Position numbers and translations under genes: made by a program. A DNA stretch of 64,000 nt from contig CAZWIS010000003.1 in the NCBI GenBank assembly GCA_964634275.1, forward strand, positions 57,548-121,547, in the 5' to 3' direction. Shown here one piece after another: positions 47,924 to 58,606 of this stretch (position 1 is its first letter; the number at the start of each line of letters is the position of its first letter). The stretch is from an uncultured Candidatus Cloacimonadota bacterium (lineage in GTDB: Bacteria; Cloacimonadota; Cloacimonadia; Cloacimonadales; Cloacimonadaceae). The notes below the pieces were generated by a model, which searched no databases, had not been told where the DNA came from, and saw only the letters and a program-made list of their open reading frames with translations.

Positions 47924-49035
47924 AGATATTCTTTAGCTGTATAGCTTTTGACGAGGGCAAATCAGGAATTTCTGATTATATCATCTCTGTGTTACGAGTT
48001 ATGTTAAGAAAGCACCAAGTGGATCTGTTAATCCACAATTCTGATATACCATTGATACCTATACAATGTGATAATCTTCGGTTTGTCATAGTACGAGATT
48101 GTTTAAAGAAACCTATCCTCTCGATGTTTTGGCATCTGTATTACCTGCCATTCAGGTATAAGTATTCGAGCTATGATCTCGTCTTCCTGCCGGCAGGAAA
48201 CAGAAGACTTTTTGCACGATATCCCGCTCATACTGTGGTTACTTTTCACGATCTGTCTCAGTATCACATTCCCGAGAAGTATGATCGACTTCGTATGGCT
48301 TATATTAAATACATCATTCCTCACTACCTGAAAAAAGCACCTATTGTTTATGCTATCAGCGAAAACACAAAAAACGATATACTCCGCTATTATCATATGC
48401 TGCCCCAACAAATACTGGTAAATTACAATGGATATGACCCTGCCAAATTGGAAACAACGGTAACAGAAGAAACGCTTCGATCAAAGTTTCAGATCAGCAA
48501 ACCATACTTACTATACATAGCACGACTGGAGCATCCTGGTAAAAATCATCTGAACCTGATTAAAGCTTTCGAAATGTTGCCGGATCATATTATTAATGGA
48601 TATGAACTTGTCCTTGCCGGGAGCCCTTGGACCGGAGCGGAAACACTTTATTCGTTTGTCGAAAAATCTAATGTAAAAAACAATGTGATCTTTACCGGTT
48701 TCGTAAACAATGAGGAGTTAGCAGCATTATACAAGTATGCCAGCCTATACGTGTTTCCTTCATTGTATGAAGGCTTTGGTATACCACTACTGGAAGCGAT
48801 GGCATCGAGCCTTCCCGTGCTCTGCTCAAATCGTTCTTCTCTCCCAGAAATCGGTGGGAATGCTGTCCTGAGTTTTGACCCTGAGCTTCCAGCTGATATT
48901 GCTGCAAAGATCGATCAGGTTCTAAGCGATAGTACTCTATATAATAAAATGATAGAACGAGGTTTGACACGAGTCAAACAATTCAGTTGGGAAGACCATA
49001 CACAGACTATTTTGAACACATTCATCCAAAACTAA
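47920..49035 (+). CDS. Glycosyltransferase family 4 (GT-B, GT1-type)
   Basis: C-terminal E-x7-E region (PSLYEGFGIPLLEAMASSLPVLCS). 371 aa. Confidence 0.8.
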   Translation: MKIFFSCIAFDEGKSGISDYIISVLRVMLRKHQVDLLIHNSDIPLIPIQCDNLRFVIVRDCLKKPILSMFWHLYYLPFRYKYSSYDLVFLPAGNRRLFARYPAHTVVTFHDLSQYHIPEKYDRLRMAYIKYIIPHYLKKAPIVYAISENTKNDILRYYHMLPQQILVNYNGYDPAKLETTVTEETLRSKFQISKPYLLYIARLEHPGKNHLNLIKAFEMLPDHIINGYELVLAGSPWTGAETLYSFVEKSNVKNNVIFTGFVNNEELAALYKYASLYVFPSLYEGFGIPLLEAMASSLPVLCSNRSSLPEIGGNAVLSFDPELPADIAAKIDQVLSDSTLYNKMIERGLTRVKQFSWEDHTQTILNTFIQN

Positions 49036-49063
49036 TAAACTGATTCTATTACAGGAGTTCTTT

Positions 49064-50104
49064 ATGTATAATGATTTGTACACAGATTTTGCCGTAGAAA
49101 ACATTGTATCACTATGCCAGATACACAGCCCATCAGGATTTACGAAAAGAGCCATTGCCTATATTCATGAAGCGCTCTCTGGATTTGGCTATTCTCCATT
49201 TACTACACATAAAAACGCCCTCCTTTGTGATCTTGGTGGAAGTGGAGACCCATTGCTGTTAGCTGCTCACGTCGATACTTTGGGAGCAATGGTTCGCAGT
49301 ATCAAAGGCAATGGCAGGTTGAGGCTTACCTGGATCGGTGGCTTTGCCGGAAATTTTGTAGAAAACGAAAATGTAACAATCATCACTCGCAGCGGAAGGG
49401 AATACACTGGTACTATTCATTTGGTTAATGCTGCGGCTCATACGTATCGGGATACAGACACAATGAGTAGGAATGATGTCAATTTGGAAGTCATCATAGA
49501 CGAGATAGTCAAATCCGAAGAAGATGTACGAAAGCTTGGGATTAACAATGGAGATATTATTGCCTTCGATGCCAGAACCATATACACTCCCTCGGGCTTT
49601 ATCAAAAGCCGTCATTTGGACGATAAAGCCAGCGCTGCAATTCTAATCTCCTTGGCGAGAATGATCAAAGATCAAAACCTTCCCTTGAAAAGGAAAGTAT
49701 ACATCATGTTCACACCTTATGAAGAGGTAGGACATGGAGCATCGTCAGGAGTTCCAGATGATGTGAAGGAAATGATATCTGTAGATATGGGAGCTGTGGG
49801 TGACGACTTGAAGACAGATGTATATAAGGTCTCGATATGTGCCAAGGATAGCGGAGGCCCATATGATTATGATATCGTAAGCAGTCTCATCCAACATGCA
49901 GAAAAAGAAGCCTTGAATTATGCCGTCGATATCTACCCCTATTACGGATCCGATGTAGAAGCTACTCTCAGAGCGGGATACGACATAAGGCATGGCTTGA
50001 TTGGACCTGGAGTGTTTGCTTCCCACAGTTATGAGAGAACCCATAAACAAGCGATTGAGAATACACTCAAACTACTACACTCATACGTAAAGATCGATGT
50101 ATAG
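49064..50104 (+). CDS. M42-family aminopeptidase (FrvX/YsdC-like)
   Basis: SPSGFT, AHVDTLG, RHLDDKAS and EEVGHGA. 346 aa. Confidence 0.8.
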   Translation: MYNDLYTDFAVENIVSLCQIHSPSGFTKRAIAYIHEALSGFGYSPFTTHKNALLCDLGGSGDPLLLAAHVDTLGAMVRSIKGNGRLRLTWIGGFAGNFVENENVTIITRSGREYTGTIHLVNAAAHTYRDTDTMSRNDVNLEVIIDEIVKSEEDVRKLGINNGDIIAFDARTIYTPSGFIKSRHLDDKASAAILISLARMIKDQNLPLKRKVYIMFTPYEEVGHGASSGVPDDVKEMISVDMGAVGDDLKTDVYKVSICAKDSGGPYDYDIVSSLIQHAEKEALNYAVDIYPYYGSDVEATLRAGYDIRHGLIGPGVFASHSYERTHKQAIENTLKLLHSYVKIDV

Positions 50105-50996
50105 GGCTATTCTGGAGATTGGCTCGAATTCGATTAAAAGCTTGGTGGCAGATGTATATCCATCCGGTATGGATATTCTTCACGAAGATGTAGTTATCAC
50201 CCGTTTAGCCGAAGGACTATCCAAGACTGGGATTATCACTCCTCTCGCTTTCTCAAAAACCATAAATGCCATTGGGGTCTTGAAACAGGAATGTGAAAGT
50301 TACTCTCCATTGAGTATCTCTGCAATAGGGACAATGGCACTGCGAACCGCTTTCAATGCTGATGAGTTCATCGAAGCAGTGCGAAGAGAACATCGTCTAC
50401 AGATTAGAATTCTCAATGGAGCTGAGGAAGCCCATTTATCTTTCAGAGGCGCAATCTCAATATTTAAAGAAATCCCCAAAAGCGTGCTGGTCTTTGATAC
50501 TGGTGGAGGTAGCACAGAGTTTATTCGCGCTATGGATGGGGATATAGATCGTGCAGTCAGTCTAAACCTCGCAGCACATCATCTCAAGCATCTATTTGGG
50601 ACATCAGATCCTATCAATAGTGATGATTACAATGCCCTCTGCTCGTATACCACAAAGAACATAACAGAGAATATTCCTGCCTGCGTAAAGCCTGTCGTCA
50701 TCGGAATCGGTGGTACACCAGTTTACTTAGCTGCAATACATGGTAAACACTCGACTTACTCGGCACATATGATAGATGGATATAAACTAAAACTTGATGA
50801 AATCAATGCAATCATAGACAAGCTTCGATCATTGCCCGATGATAAAAGAAAACAAGTCACAGGTTTGCCTCCCGACAGATCGGACATAATTCTGTATGGT
50901 GCCGTGATTGTAAAAACCGTTTTAGAAGTATTGAGCGTTGATCAAATAGTGATCAGCAGCAGAGGAGTAAGGCATGGCGAGATTTTGTCTATGTAG
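50097..50996 (+). CDS. Ppx/GppA-family phosphatase
   Basis: ILEIGSNSIK, DTGGGSTEF and IGIGGT ASKHA motifs. 299 aa. Confidence 0.8.
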   Translation: MYRAILEIGSNSIKSLVADVYPSGMDILHEDVVITRLAEGLSKTGIITPLAFSKTINAIGVLKQECESYSPLSISAIGTMALRTAFNADEFIEAVRREHRLQIRILNGAEEAHLSFRGAISIFKEIPKSVLVFDTGGGSTEFIRAMDGDIDRAVSLNLAAHHLKHLFGTSDPINSDDYNALCSYTTKNITENIPACVKPVVIGIGGTPVYLAAIHGKHSTYSAHMIDGYKLKLDEINAIIDKLRSLPDDKRKQVTGLPPDRSDIILYGAVIVKTVLEVLSVDQIVISSRGVRHGEILSM

Positions 50997-51000
50997 CTCA

Positions 51001-52575
51001 TTACAGCACTGGAGAAAACAATCGGCAGATTGATTCCTTCGTCCTTTGTAATGATGATCGTTTTCGATACGAGATCAAATCGATAAGCTTGCTGTTGGCA
51101 ATATCCAAGTCAAACTGACTACTCGCATCCCGTGCTACTTCTCGACTATATACCAATGCATTGATTTCAAAGTTATGATTAAAGCTTCTCATATCCATAT
51201 TTGCCGTTCCGATCGACACTATTTGATCATCAACAATCATCACTTTGGCATGGATAAATCCCAGCATGTATTCATAGATCAGAACACCAGCTTCTAACAG
51301 CTCTTCATAATAGGACTTTGAACCCCAAAAAACAATGAAATGATCTGCCTTTGAGGGAAGGAGTATTCGGACAGAAACTCCACTGAGAGCTGCTGTTTTG
51401 AGAGCCATTAGCAAACTTTCATTGAGAATCAGGTAAGGAGTGGTTATATCGATCTTTGTTCTGGCTTTGGCGATGGCAGTAAAATATACTTGCATAATAC
51501 TGGCGTGTTGTGTATCTGGACCACTTGCGGCAATCTGAACATAAGCTTTGGTAGGTGAAACATTGATATCACCCAGCTTGGGATTCTGTCCGACAATCAA
51601 GTTTTCCCTCAGAAGGTTTTGTTGGGATACGAAGTACCAATCTGTCAAGAATATCGCCTGCAGACTCCTGACACCATCACCCTCAATCACTATTAGTGAG
51701 TCTCGCCAATAACCATAATAGCTGCTTTTGCCCAGATACTGATCTGCAATGTTTAACCCTCCCAAAAATGCAATACTGCTGTCTACAATCACCATTTTCC
51801 TGTGGTTACGATAGTTTAGCTTACTGTTTATATATGGCATTAATACTGGCATGAATGGTTTGAACTCAATACCGGCAGTATGCATCTCTTTTTTAAACCT
51901 TGCTGGAAGGTTCCAGCAACCTACGTCATCATAGATGAAACGGATTTCTACTCCCTGTTTTGCTTTACTGATTAAAAGCTCTTTCAGATGATTACCTGTC
52001 TCATCATTCGCGATGGAGAAGTATTCCAGATGGATGTGACGAGTAGCATACTTGATGGCATAGCAGATTCGGTTAAATGCATCAGTTGTATCAGGGATTA
52101 TCGAAACAGTATTGTTGTAAGTAATGATTACCTTGCTGTTGTTGCGGAGAAGACTGATAATATGAATTGGGAGAGAATCTGCGAGTTCCGGTTCCATTGG
52201 AATCTGCTCTTCGGAGAGATATTCATCGATACTAAGCGCATCCTCCAGTCCTTTGCGGGAAAAGATTCTGCTCTTTCTCCAATTTCTCCCAAAGAGTAGG
52301 TAAAAGCTGAACCCGACAACAGGCAGATACAATAGGATCAATATCCAAGCGATAGTACGGACAGGATTGTCATTTTCCAAAACAAGCACGATGATAATAA
52401 GTAGAATCGTAATCCCAAATACGAGATTCAGCGCTCTCTGGGACATAACCGATAAGCGATCAGCTGGCGATTCACCAATCATGAAATTAACAAGGCTAAA
52501 GACCAGCACAAGCGAGATAAGCATTATCAAAACAAGGGTAACGTTATCCCATATCTTGTGTGGAAACACATTCAC
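51001..52575 (-). CDS. cls: Cardiolipin synthase
   Basis: Two N-terminal TM helices and two HKD motifs (HRKMVIVD, HAKVMIVDD). Confidence 0.9.
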   Translation of the reverse strand: MNVFPHKIWDNVTLVLIMLISLVLVFSLVNFMIGESPADRLSVMSQRALNLVFGITILLIIIVLVLENDNPVRTIAWILILLYLPVVGFSFYLLFGRNWRKSRIFSRKGLEDALSIDEYLSEEQIPMEPELADSLPIHIISLLRNNSKVIITYNNTVSIIPDTTDAFNRICYAIKYATRHIHLEYFSIANDETGNHLKELLISKAKQGVEIRFIYDDVGCWNLPARFKKEMHTAGIEFKPFMPVLMPYINSKLNYRNHRKMVIVDSSIAFLGGLNIADQYLGKSSYYGYWRDSLIVIEGDGVRSLQAIFLTDWYFVSQQNLLRENLIVGQNPKLGDINVSPTKAYVQIAASGPDTQHASIMQVYFTAIAKARTKIDITTPYLILNESLLMALKTAALSGVSVRILLPSKADHFIVFWGSKSYYEELLEAGVLIYEYMLGFIHAKVMIVDDQIVSIGTANMDMRSFNHNFEINALVYSREVARDASSQFDLDIANSKLIDLISYRKRSSLQRTKESICRLFSPVL

Positions 52576-52591
52576 CTCCTCTTACATCAAG

Positions 52592-53662
52592 TTAAAAAAC
52601 CTCTCTTGCATTGACTATAAAATTGAATGAATCAGACCCAAAACCAAAATCCATCCTAGTATTAAGACGCTCATTGGGTAATATCGAAAACCTGAATCCA
52701 AATCCTGCTGACCAATGCCATTCGGACAATCTAATCTGATCAATATCTGGAGTAACCTGACCTACTTCTCCGAAGATGACAAATCCCGCTCTTTTAGAAA
52801 AGCCACTCTCAAAAGGAAAAACACGCTGTTCTATTCTTTGTGCAATCCGGACTTTATCGATATAGCGTTTAGAATCGTATGCTCTTAGTCGATTACCCAG
52901 TTCCAGGTAATTGTAAAATGGCGTATTCCCATCATTCACAGCGAGATCGGTCTGTGTGGCAAAAACCATTTTATCCCCGATGGGACTATATGTCCGAAAG
53001 TCATATTTATGCTCCGTATAGTCAAAATCGCTACCCAAAACGCTATGATAGTAAATTTGCTGAAAGCTTATTCGCATTCCTTTTGTAGGATAATTCTCAT
53101 TGTCTGTAGAGCTATACATGAGCTTGTACCCGAGTCCAGAGTAGAAACTGGGATCCTTACCTACAAACTCCATATTATCGATAATCCCACCGGCTTCAAT
53201 CTCCCTAAGCCTATGGTGTCCCAAGCTTGATTTAGCAGATAAATAGAAGTCTTTGTACATTCTTTTCGTAATAGTAGTCTCGAGTGCGTACTGCTCCGAC
53301 ACAAAACCTTCAGATACTGACTTATCGGTATTGTTGCCAATGCCATAAAACTCGCTTGGCCAAAGCCTTAGATATATATCTGAGCTATACTTCAACCCCC
53401 ATAAAGGATCATTGTATTCTGGAACAAGAACAACCAGAAACTGCTTTTTTTGAGTATATATAGCATTACTAAGCAAAGAAACTTCTGGTTCGAATTCGTT
53501 TTGACACTGAAAATCAAATGTATATTTTGCAAAGGCAAATGCTCCTACCATCAGTTTCGTCTCACCCGAGTATGCAATATATGGGTATCCGTTTAGGGTA
53601 ATGGAGGCACTTAACTGGATTAGAAACAGGTTAATCAGAATAATATACGACCACTTCTTCAT
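52592..53662 (-). CDS. Omp85/surface-antigen(D15)-type outer-membrane beta-barrel without POTRA domains
   Basis: Signal peptide, beta-strand periodicity, and a C-terminal aromatic residue (...NAREVF). Lies 16 nt upstream of cls. Confidence 0.6.
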   Translation of the reverse strand: MKKWSYIILINLFLIQLSASITLNGYPYIAYSGETKLMVGAFAFAKYTFDFQCQNEFEPEVSLLSNAIYTQKKQFLVVLVPEYNDPLWGLKYSSDIYLRLWPSEFYGIGNNTDKSVSEGFVSEQYALETTITKRMYKDFYLSAKSSLGHHRLREIEAGGIIDNMEFVGKDPSFYSGLGYKLMYSSTDNENYPTKGMRISFQQIYYHSVLGSDFDYTEHKYDFRTYSPIGDKMVFATQTDLAVNDGNTPFYNYLELGNRLRAYDSKRYIDKVRIAQRIEQRVFPFESGFSKRAGFVIFGEVGQVTPDIDQIRLSEWHWSAGFGFRFSILPNERLNTRMDFGFGSDSFNFIVNAREVF

Positions 53663-53800
53663 GTGATAACCTCAATGTTCATTACGAAGATCAATCCTTC
53701 CCTACGGAACTATTGTCATTCAGTTATATTATACACCGATAAGAGAATAAGAGTATGTTTTATTTTATGCAGATTAGGTCAAATCAGCATAACCACATTG

Positions 53801-55153
53801 CTAAAACCTAATCATCATCAGTATCATAACTGAAATAGAAGAAACGAACAGCAATAAAACTGGCATATATATTTGTAAAAATGGATGTGGCTGTTTCTTC
53901 TGACTTTCTCCAAGGCACATTCCAAGACAGATTTTACCCATGGATGACATTATTGTTGTTAGCATTATGAACAACCCTACAAATCCCAAATAGTTTCCCT
54001 TCTGAAGCATAGCCACTGCTATAAAAAACTCACTAAAGAACAAAGGAGAAGGTGGAAACCCTACTAACATGGCAAATCCAATCAACCATGTCCAGGCGAT
54101 GGTTTTATTCTTGCTCAATAGCCCATCTACTTCATTGTATATCTTGGTTTTGTAAAGGCTTATAATATTCCCTGCACAAAGAAACATCGCTCCCTTGATC
54201 AATGAATGTCCCAAGATATGAGTATATCCTGCATAAATAGCAATCCCTCCGGTTCCAAACGCCAGCATGATTATACCCATGTTCTCTATTGATGAATAAG
54301 CAAGGAGTCTTTTGTAATTCTTTGTTTTCAGAGTAAATACAGTAGCAATGAAAACTGATACAAAACCCATCAGAAGGTAAATGGATTGTGCTACACTACC
54401 CAAACCGGATGCCGTCATGACTTTATCCATCCGGAGTACGGGTATTAATGCTGTATTCAATAGAGCTCCAGACAGAAGGGCTGAAATAGGTGCGGGGGCT
54501 TCTGAATGGGCATCTGGCAGCCAAAAATGAAGCGGTGCCAAACCTATTTTTGTCCCGAATCCCACTATTATAAAGACGAATGACATACGTAACCAAAAAG
54601 GAGAAACAAGATGGATTGCACCTATCAATTCTGGAAATTTCAGAGTAGCTGTTTCAGGCTGAGCAATCACCAATAAAAGAATACCGACAAATGCCAGTGC
54701 TATCCCTGTTGAACATATAAACAAATACTTCCAGGCTGCTTCCAACGCTGACTTTTTGTGCTCATATCCTATTAGCATCGCCGAAGCCAGTGTCGTCATC
54801 TCTACGAATATCCAGATAAAACCCAGATCTGTGCTAATGCAAGCAGCATCCATCGCCATGACAAAAATCATTAAACAAATACTATGGATACGATATGGTT
54901 TTATCTCCACTTTGGATTCTTGTCCGTATCTGTAAATAGCAATAGTAAAATACAATACGGATGTGATAGAAAAAGTAAACAAACCCAGATTATCCATAAC
55001 TGGGGTGGTGTTTCTAAAATAGTATGCACCTATAGCCACGCCAAAATGAACCAGCGCATGCAAAACAATCAGAAGATCAAAGTGCCTCGGTTTTGTCAGG
55101 AACATAGAAAGTACAATCAGAACTAACGGAATCCCAAAGAGATAGATTAACAT
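53801..55153 (-). CDS. Antiporter-like membrane subunit (HyfF/NuoM/N family) of the hydrogenase-like complex
   Basis: 450 aa, about 14 TM helices, Proton_antipo_M pattern (LAPLHFWLPDAH, AYSSIENMG). Confidence 0.8.
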   Translation of the reverse strand: MLIYLFGIPLVLIVLSMFLTKPRHFDLLIVLHALVHFGVAIGAYYFRNTTPVMDNLGLFTFSITSVLYFTIAIYRYGQESKVEIKPYRIHSICLMIFVMAMDAACISTDLGFIWIFVEMTTLASAMLIGYEHKKSALEAAWKYLFICSTGIALAFVGILLLVIAQPETATLKFPELIGAIHLVSPFWLRMSFVFIIVGFGTKIGLAPLHFWLPDAHSEAPAPISALLSGALLNTALIPVLRMDKVMTASGLGSVAQSIYLLMGFVSVFIATVFTLKTKNYKRLLAYSSIENMGIIMLAFGTGGIAIYAGYTHILGHSLIKGAMFLCAGNIISLYKTKIYNEVDGLLSKNKTIAWTWLIGFAMLVGFPPSPLFFSEFFIAVAMLQKGNYLGFVGLFIMLTTIMSSMGKICLGMCLGESQKKQPHPFLQIYMPVLLLFVSSISVMILMMIRF

Positions 55154-55800
55154 TAATCCTCCCTCAATGTGCTTGGACTATCTGCCTCGTCAAAAGTAGA
55201 TTTGATTCTGTTGATAAATAGAACTGCTATCAAAATGGATACCAGGATATCCAGTGAAACACCCAAGTTTACTATATATGGTAAATGGCTTCCAGCGGAG
55301 AGTGCTAGCATAAAGACTCCATTCTCCAAAATCAGGTATCCAATCAAATGTGAGATCAGTTTTTTGTTTGCAATAATGATAAACATTCCCTTTATCATAG
55401 CTGCAAACGCTATCCCGAACTCCAATGGATAAAGCTTGGCGGACCATCTATCAGACACGGCAACAAGAGCAAAACAAAGAACAAATATCAGGCTCATGAT
55501 AGCCAGAGAAAAGAAATTTGAAACATTGGGTTCAGTTTCCCTTCTGGTGTTATTCTTCTTTATTGTATCGCTAATAAATAATGGAATCAGCACAGCTTTG
55601 AAAATCAAAGTTTCAATGGCTATAAATGAAAAGCTTAGCCAATTCAATTGATTGGTTTTTAGAATCGTTAGGAGGAATAGGATCAAACCCTGAATTACCA
55701 GTATCCTGATCAGTGACAATAACATATTTGTAACTGATGCAAACAATAGACTCAACCCGAACAAAACAACAAGAATCTCGATCAAACGCCAACTCCCCAA
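55153..55800 (-). CDS. Small membrane subunit (HyfE/NuoK-like)
   Basis: 215 aa, 6-7 TM helices. 1-nt overlap downstream and 19-nt overlap upstream. Confidence 0.65.
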   Translation of the reverse strand: MGSWRLIEILVVLFGLSLLFASVTNMLLSLIRILVIQGLILFLLTILKTNQLNWLSFSFIAIETLIFKAVLIPLFISDTIKKNNTRRETEPNVSNFFSLAIMSLIFVLCFALVAVSDRWSAKLYPLEFGIAFAAMIKGMFIIIANKKLISHLIGYLILENGVFMLALSAGSHLPYIVNLGVSLDILVSILIAVLFINRIKSTFDEADSPSTLRED

Positions 55801-56696
55801 TACCTTACGATTAATGCTGAGAACACTAACAAAGAGATTGATACTGGCACTATTACCAGTTCCAGATTACGGTTCATCCTGAATCTGGCCATCATACTTT
55901 CAACGATTCCAGTAACAATACTGATCAAAAAAAGCAAAACAATAAACAATAGCGGGGTAGCCCAAAATCCTGCTGGGATTATCAAATGGCTGATCAATGA
56001 AGCGTATAAAAGGAGCTTCAAAGATGCAGTGTAGTGAATCAAAGCAAGAGAAAAGCCGCTGTAATCCAGGATCATAACTTCATGGATCATCGTAAGCTCC
56101 AAGTGCGTGCTTGGATCATCAAATGGTACCCGTGCAGATTCAACAAGAAGCATAATGTATAGTGCAACTATTGTCAATACAGCAACCAACGCATTCCATG
56201 AATTTCCAGTATTTACTATGTGTCCATTCACCAGCTCTGCCATAGTGTTTGTCTGCCCGCCAAAAAGTAATGAACCCATTATCAGCATAAATGCCGGCTC
56301 CAGAAATGCGGTAAATGATATCTCGCGGCTCGCGCCCATGCCCTCAAAACTGCTTCCGCTATCCATGGCAGCCAGTACCATTATACCTTTTGCAAGGGAC
56401 AACAGATAGACGAAGACTACAAAATCATACTTGAAGCTCAGTATAGTTTTGCCACTAAACATAGGGACAAACAATGCAGCACAAAACACTGCTATCAGAG
56501 CCATCAATGGAGCAAATATCGTAAGCCAGCTCGCTGTATCACTGATAACTTCAGATTTATTCAGAAGCTTCCAGAAGTGATAGTAAGGCTGAAAAAGGCT
56601 TTGACCTTTTCTACCCACTAATATGGCTTTAACCCTGTTAATAATCCCAGGGATCAGCATTGGCAAGATTGCAATAGCCAGAATATTTAGAATCAT
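55782..56696 (-). CDS. NuoH/HycD/HyfC-like membrane subunit
   Basis: Polytopic protein with ESARVPFD..STHLELTMIHEV, typical of the HycD/NuoH family. Start moved to the ATG at 56696, which forms an ATGA overlap with the upstream stop. Confidence 0.8.
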   Translation of the reverse strand: MILNILAIAILPMLIPGIINRVKAILVGRKGQSLFQPYYHFWKLLNKSEVISDTASWLTIFAPLMALIAVFCAALFVPMFSGKTILSFKYDFVVFVYLLSLAKGIMVLAAMDSGSSFEGMGASREISFTAFLEPAFMLIMGSLLFGGQTNTMAELVNGHIVNTGNSWNALVAVLTIVALYIMLLVESARVPFDDPSTHLELTMIHEVMILDYSGFSLALIHYTASLKLLLYASLISHLIIPAGFWATPLLFIVLLFLISIVTGIVESMMARFRMNRNLELVIVPVSISLLVFSALIVRYWGVGV

Positions 56697-58606
56697 TTCA
56701 ATACTCCCAAGACTAACATCAGGATCAAGATAAGCCAACCCAAACACCAGGCAATGTATCCATTTGTTTTTCCATTGTGAATTCCATCAAACATAGCTAA
56801 AAAGCGATGGTACAATCTTATTGCCGGTTTAATCAGCAGCTCGTTTACAAAATCTGTAACTCTCTCTTCATAACATACTTCAACCGGGAAGTCACCTTTG
56901 GGCGAAACGTCTTGTATATCCATAGAGATAAATGGTTTCAAGAAATAAGATAACGGACTGATGAATGCATGCCCAGTATATTGCAGTTTGCTGCTCCCAC
57001 CGCCATAGCCGCAACCCCATGTATGATGTTTCCTTTGTTTTACACACAATTTCCGGATTAGATAAAGACTTGCCAAAAGTATTATAACAAATCCATAAAC
57101 AACGCTAATCTGTCTATAGATTGTATCAAGAGCAGTCAATGATTCACTATTCATTCCGATCGATTGGACAACTGGTCGAACAAGCATCAAAGTTGAGCTT
57201 CCAAATACTCCACTTACAACAATCAATCCGGCCATTATATACATTGGTAATAGCATTAAACCAGGCATCTCTTTGGAGCTTGATGCTTTGGATGATCTGT
57301 GATTACCTAAAAAAGTAACAGAATACAACTTTGCAAAAGCAATAAGAGCCAAAGCTCCTACGAAAGACAGCAATGATAACGTCAAAACCGAAAGCAGTAT
57401 AACAGCAATGTGACTGGAATTGATACCGTAAAACAAGCCATAGAACATCCCAAATTCGCTAATAAATCCATTAAACAACGGTAGAGCAGAAATCGCTGCG
57501 CAGCCTGTCAAAAACAACATAGCTGTCTTGGGCATTGTTTTTACCAAGCCTCCTAATTCATCAATATCAATACTATGTGTTGCACAGAGTATGTTCCCAG
57601 ATAAATAGAATAACATAGGTTTGAACATTGAATGAAACAATACGTGCAGCATAGCTCCTGCAAAGCAAATCGCTGTCATGTCCACAAATCCGAAGTGTCT
57701 TCCAAGAAGACCCATGCTTATACTAAGTCCAATCAACCCCATATTTTCAATTGATGAATAAGCCAATCCAGTTTTTATGTTGTTCTCTACCAAAGCATGT
57801 ACTACGCCAGTGAAAGCTGTAATCAATGATATCAGCAAAAGCACAGTGATAGCAGCAAGTCCCAAGGGGTTGTGAATCAAAAGCAATACTATTCCATAAA
57901 GCCCTGTTGTAATCATAAGTCCACTCATAATGCCTGATACATGAGCTGGGGCTACAGGATGAGCTTTTGGCAACCAGGAGTAAAAAGGAAAGAACCCCGC
58001 TTTGAAAGCGAAACCAATTAACAACAATGCAAGTGTCCAGTTCGAAAGACCAGACAATTCTGTTATATCAAACGTTCCAGTATGGATGTAGTTCAGCCCA
58101 AAGCCGGCAAACAAGAAGAACGCACCGATCTGCATCATTACAATATAAAGCAACCCAGCCCCAATGCTTTGTTTACGGTTTGCGATCACACAAAAGAAAG
58201 AAGACAGACTCATCAATTCCCAGAATACCAGGAAAATCAAACTATGACGAATCCATAGTATAGCATGCATAGAAATTGCCATCAATCCCAGCCATATCAG
58301 ATGAGATCTCAAGCATGGCAAGGGATGTTCTTTGTGATAAAAATAACTATAAACGATCCCTAATGGCAACCCAAGGGAAAACATCAATCCAAAAATAGCC
58401 GACAGTGGATTTAGCCCTATACTCGCACTGCCAATTATCGATGGAAGAGGTAAGATATAGCTTTGTTCTATGCTGCCAAACATCACCTGTACATAATCAT
58501 ACCCGATCAAAGCTGATCCGATTATCCATATCAGTGCGAATAGCAAGTGTCGCTTTGTAGCAGCAAACAACAAAGATGCAGAAAGTATTACAAAGCCTGG
58601 ATTCAC
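56693..58606 (-). CDS. Antiporter-like membrane subunit (HyfB/NuoL family)
   Basis: 637 aa. FPFYSWLPKAHP and AYSSIENMG motifs. Confidence 0.8.
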   Translation of the reverse strand: MNPGFVILSASLLFAATKRHLLFALIWIIGSALIGYDYVQVMFGSIEQSYILPLPSIIGSASIGLNPLSAIFGLMFSLGLPLGIVYSYFYHKEHPLPCLRSHLIWLGLMAISMHAILWIRHSLIFLVFWELMSLSSFFCVIANRKQSIGAGLLYIVMMQIGAFFLFAGFGLNYIHTGTFDITELSGLSNWTLALLLIGFAFKAGFFPFYSWLPKAHPVAPAHVSGIMSGLMITTGLYGIVLLLIHNPLGLAAITVLLLISLITAFTGVVHALVENNIKTGLAYSSIENMGLIGLSISMGLLGRHFGFVDMTAICFAGAMLHVLFHSMFKPMLFYLSGNILCATHSIDIDELGGLVKTMPKTAMLFLTGCAAISALPLFNGFISEFGMFYGLFYGINSSHIAVILLSVLTLSLLSFVGALALIAFAKLYSVTFLGNHRSSKASSSKEMPGLMLLPMYIMAGLIVVSGVFGSSTLMLVRPVVQSIGMNSESLTALDTIYRQISVVYGFVIILLASLYLIRKLCVKQRKHHTWGCGYGGGSSKLQYTGHAFISPLSYFLKPFISMDIQDVSPKGDFPVEVCYEERVTDFVNELLIKPAIRLYHRFLAMFDGIHNGKTNGYIAWCLGWLILILMLVLGVLK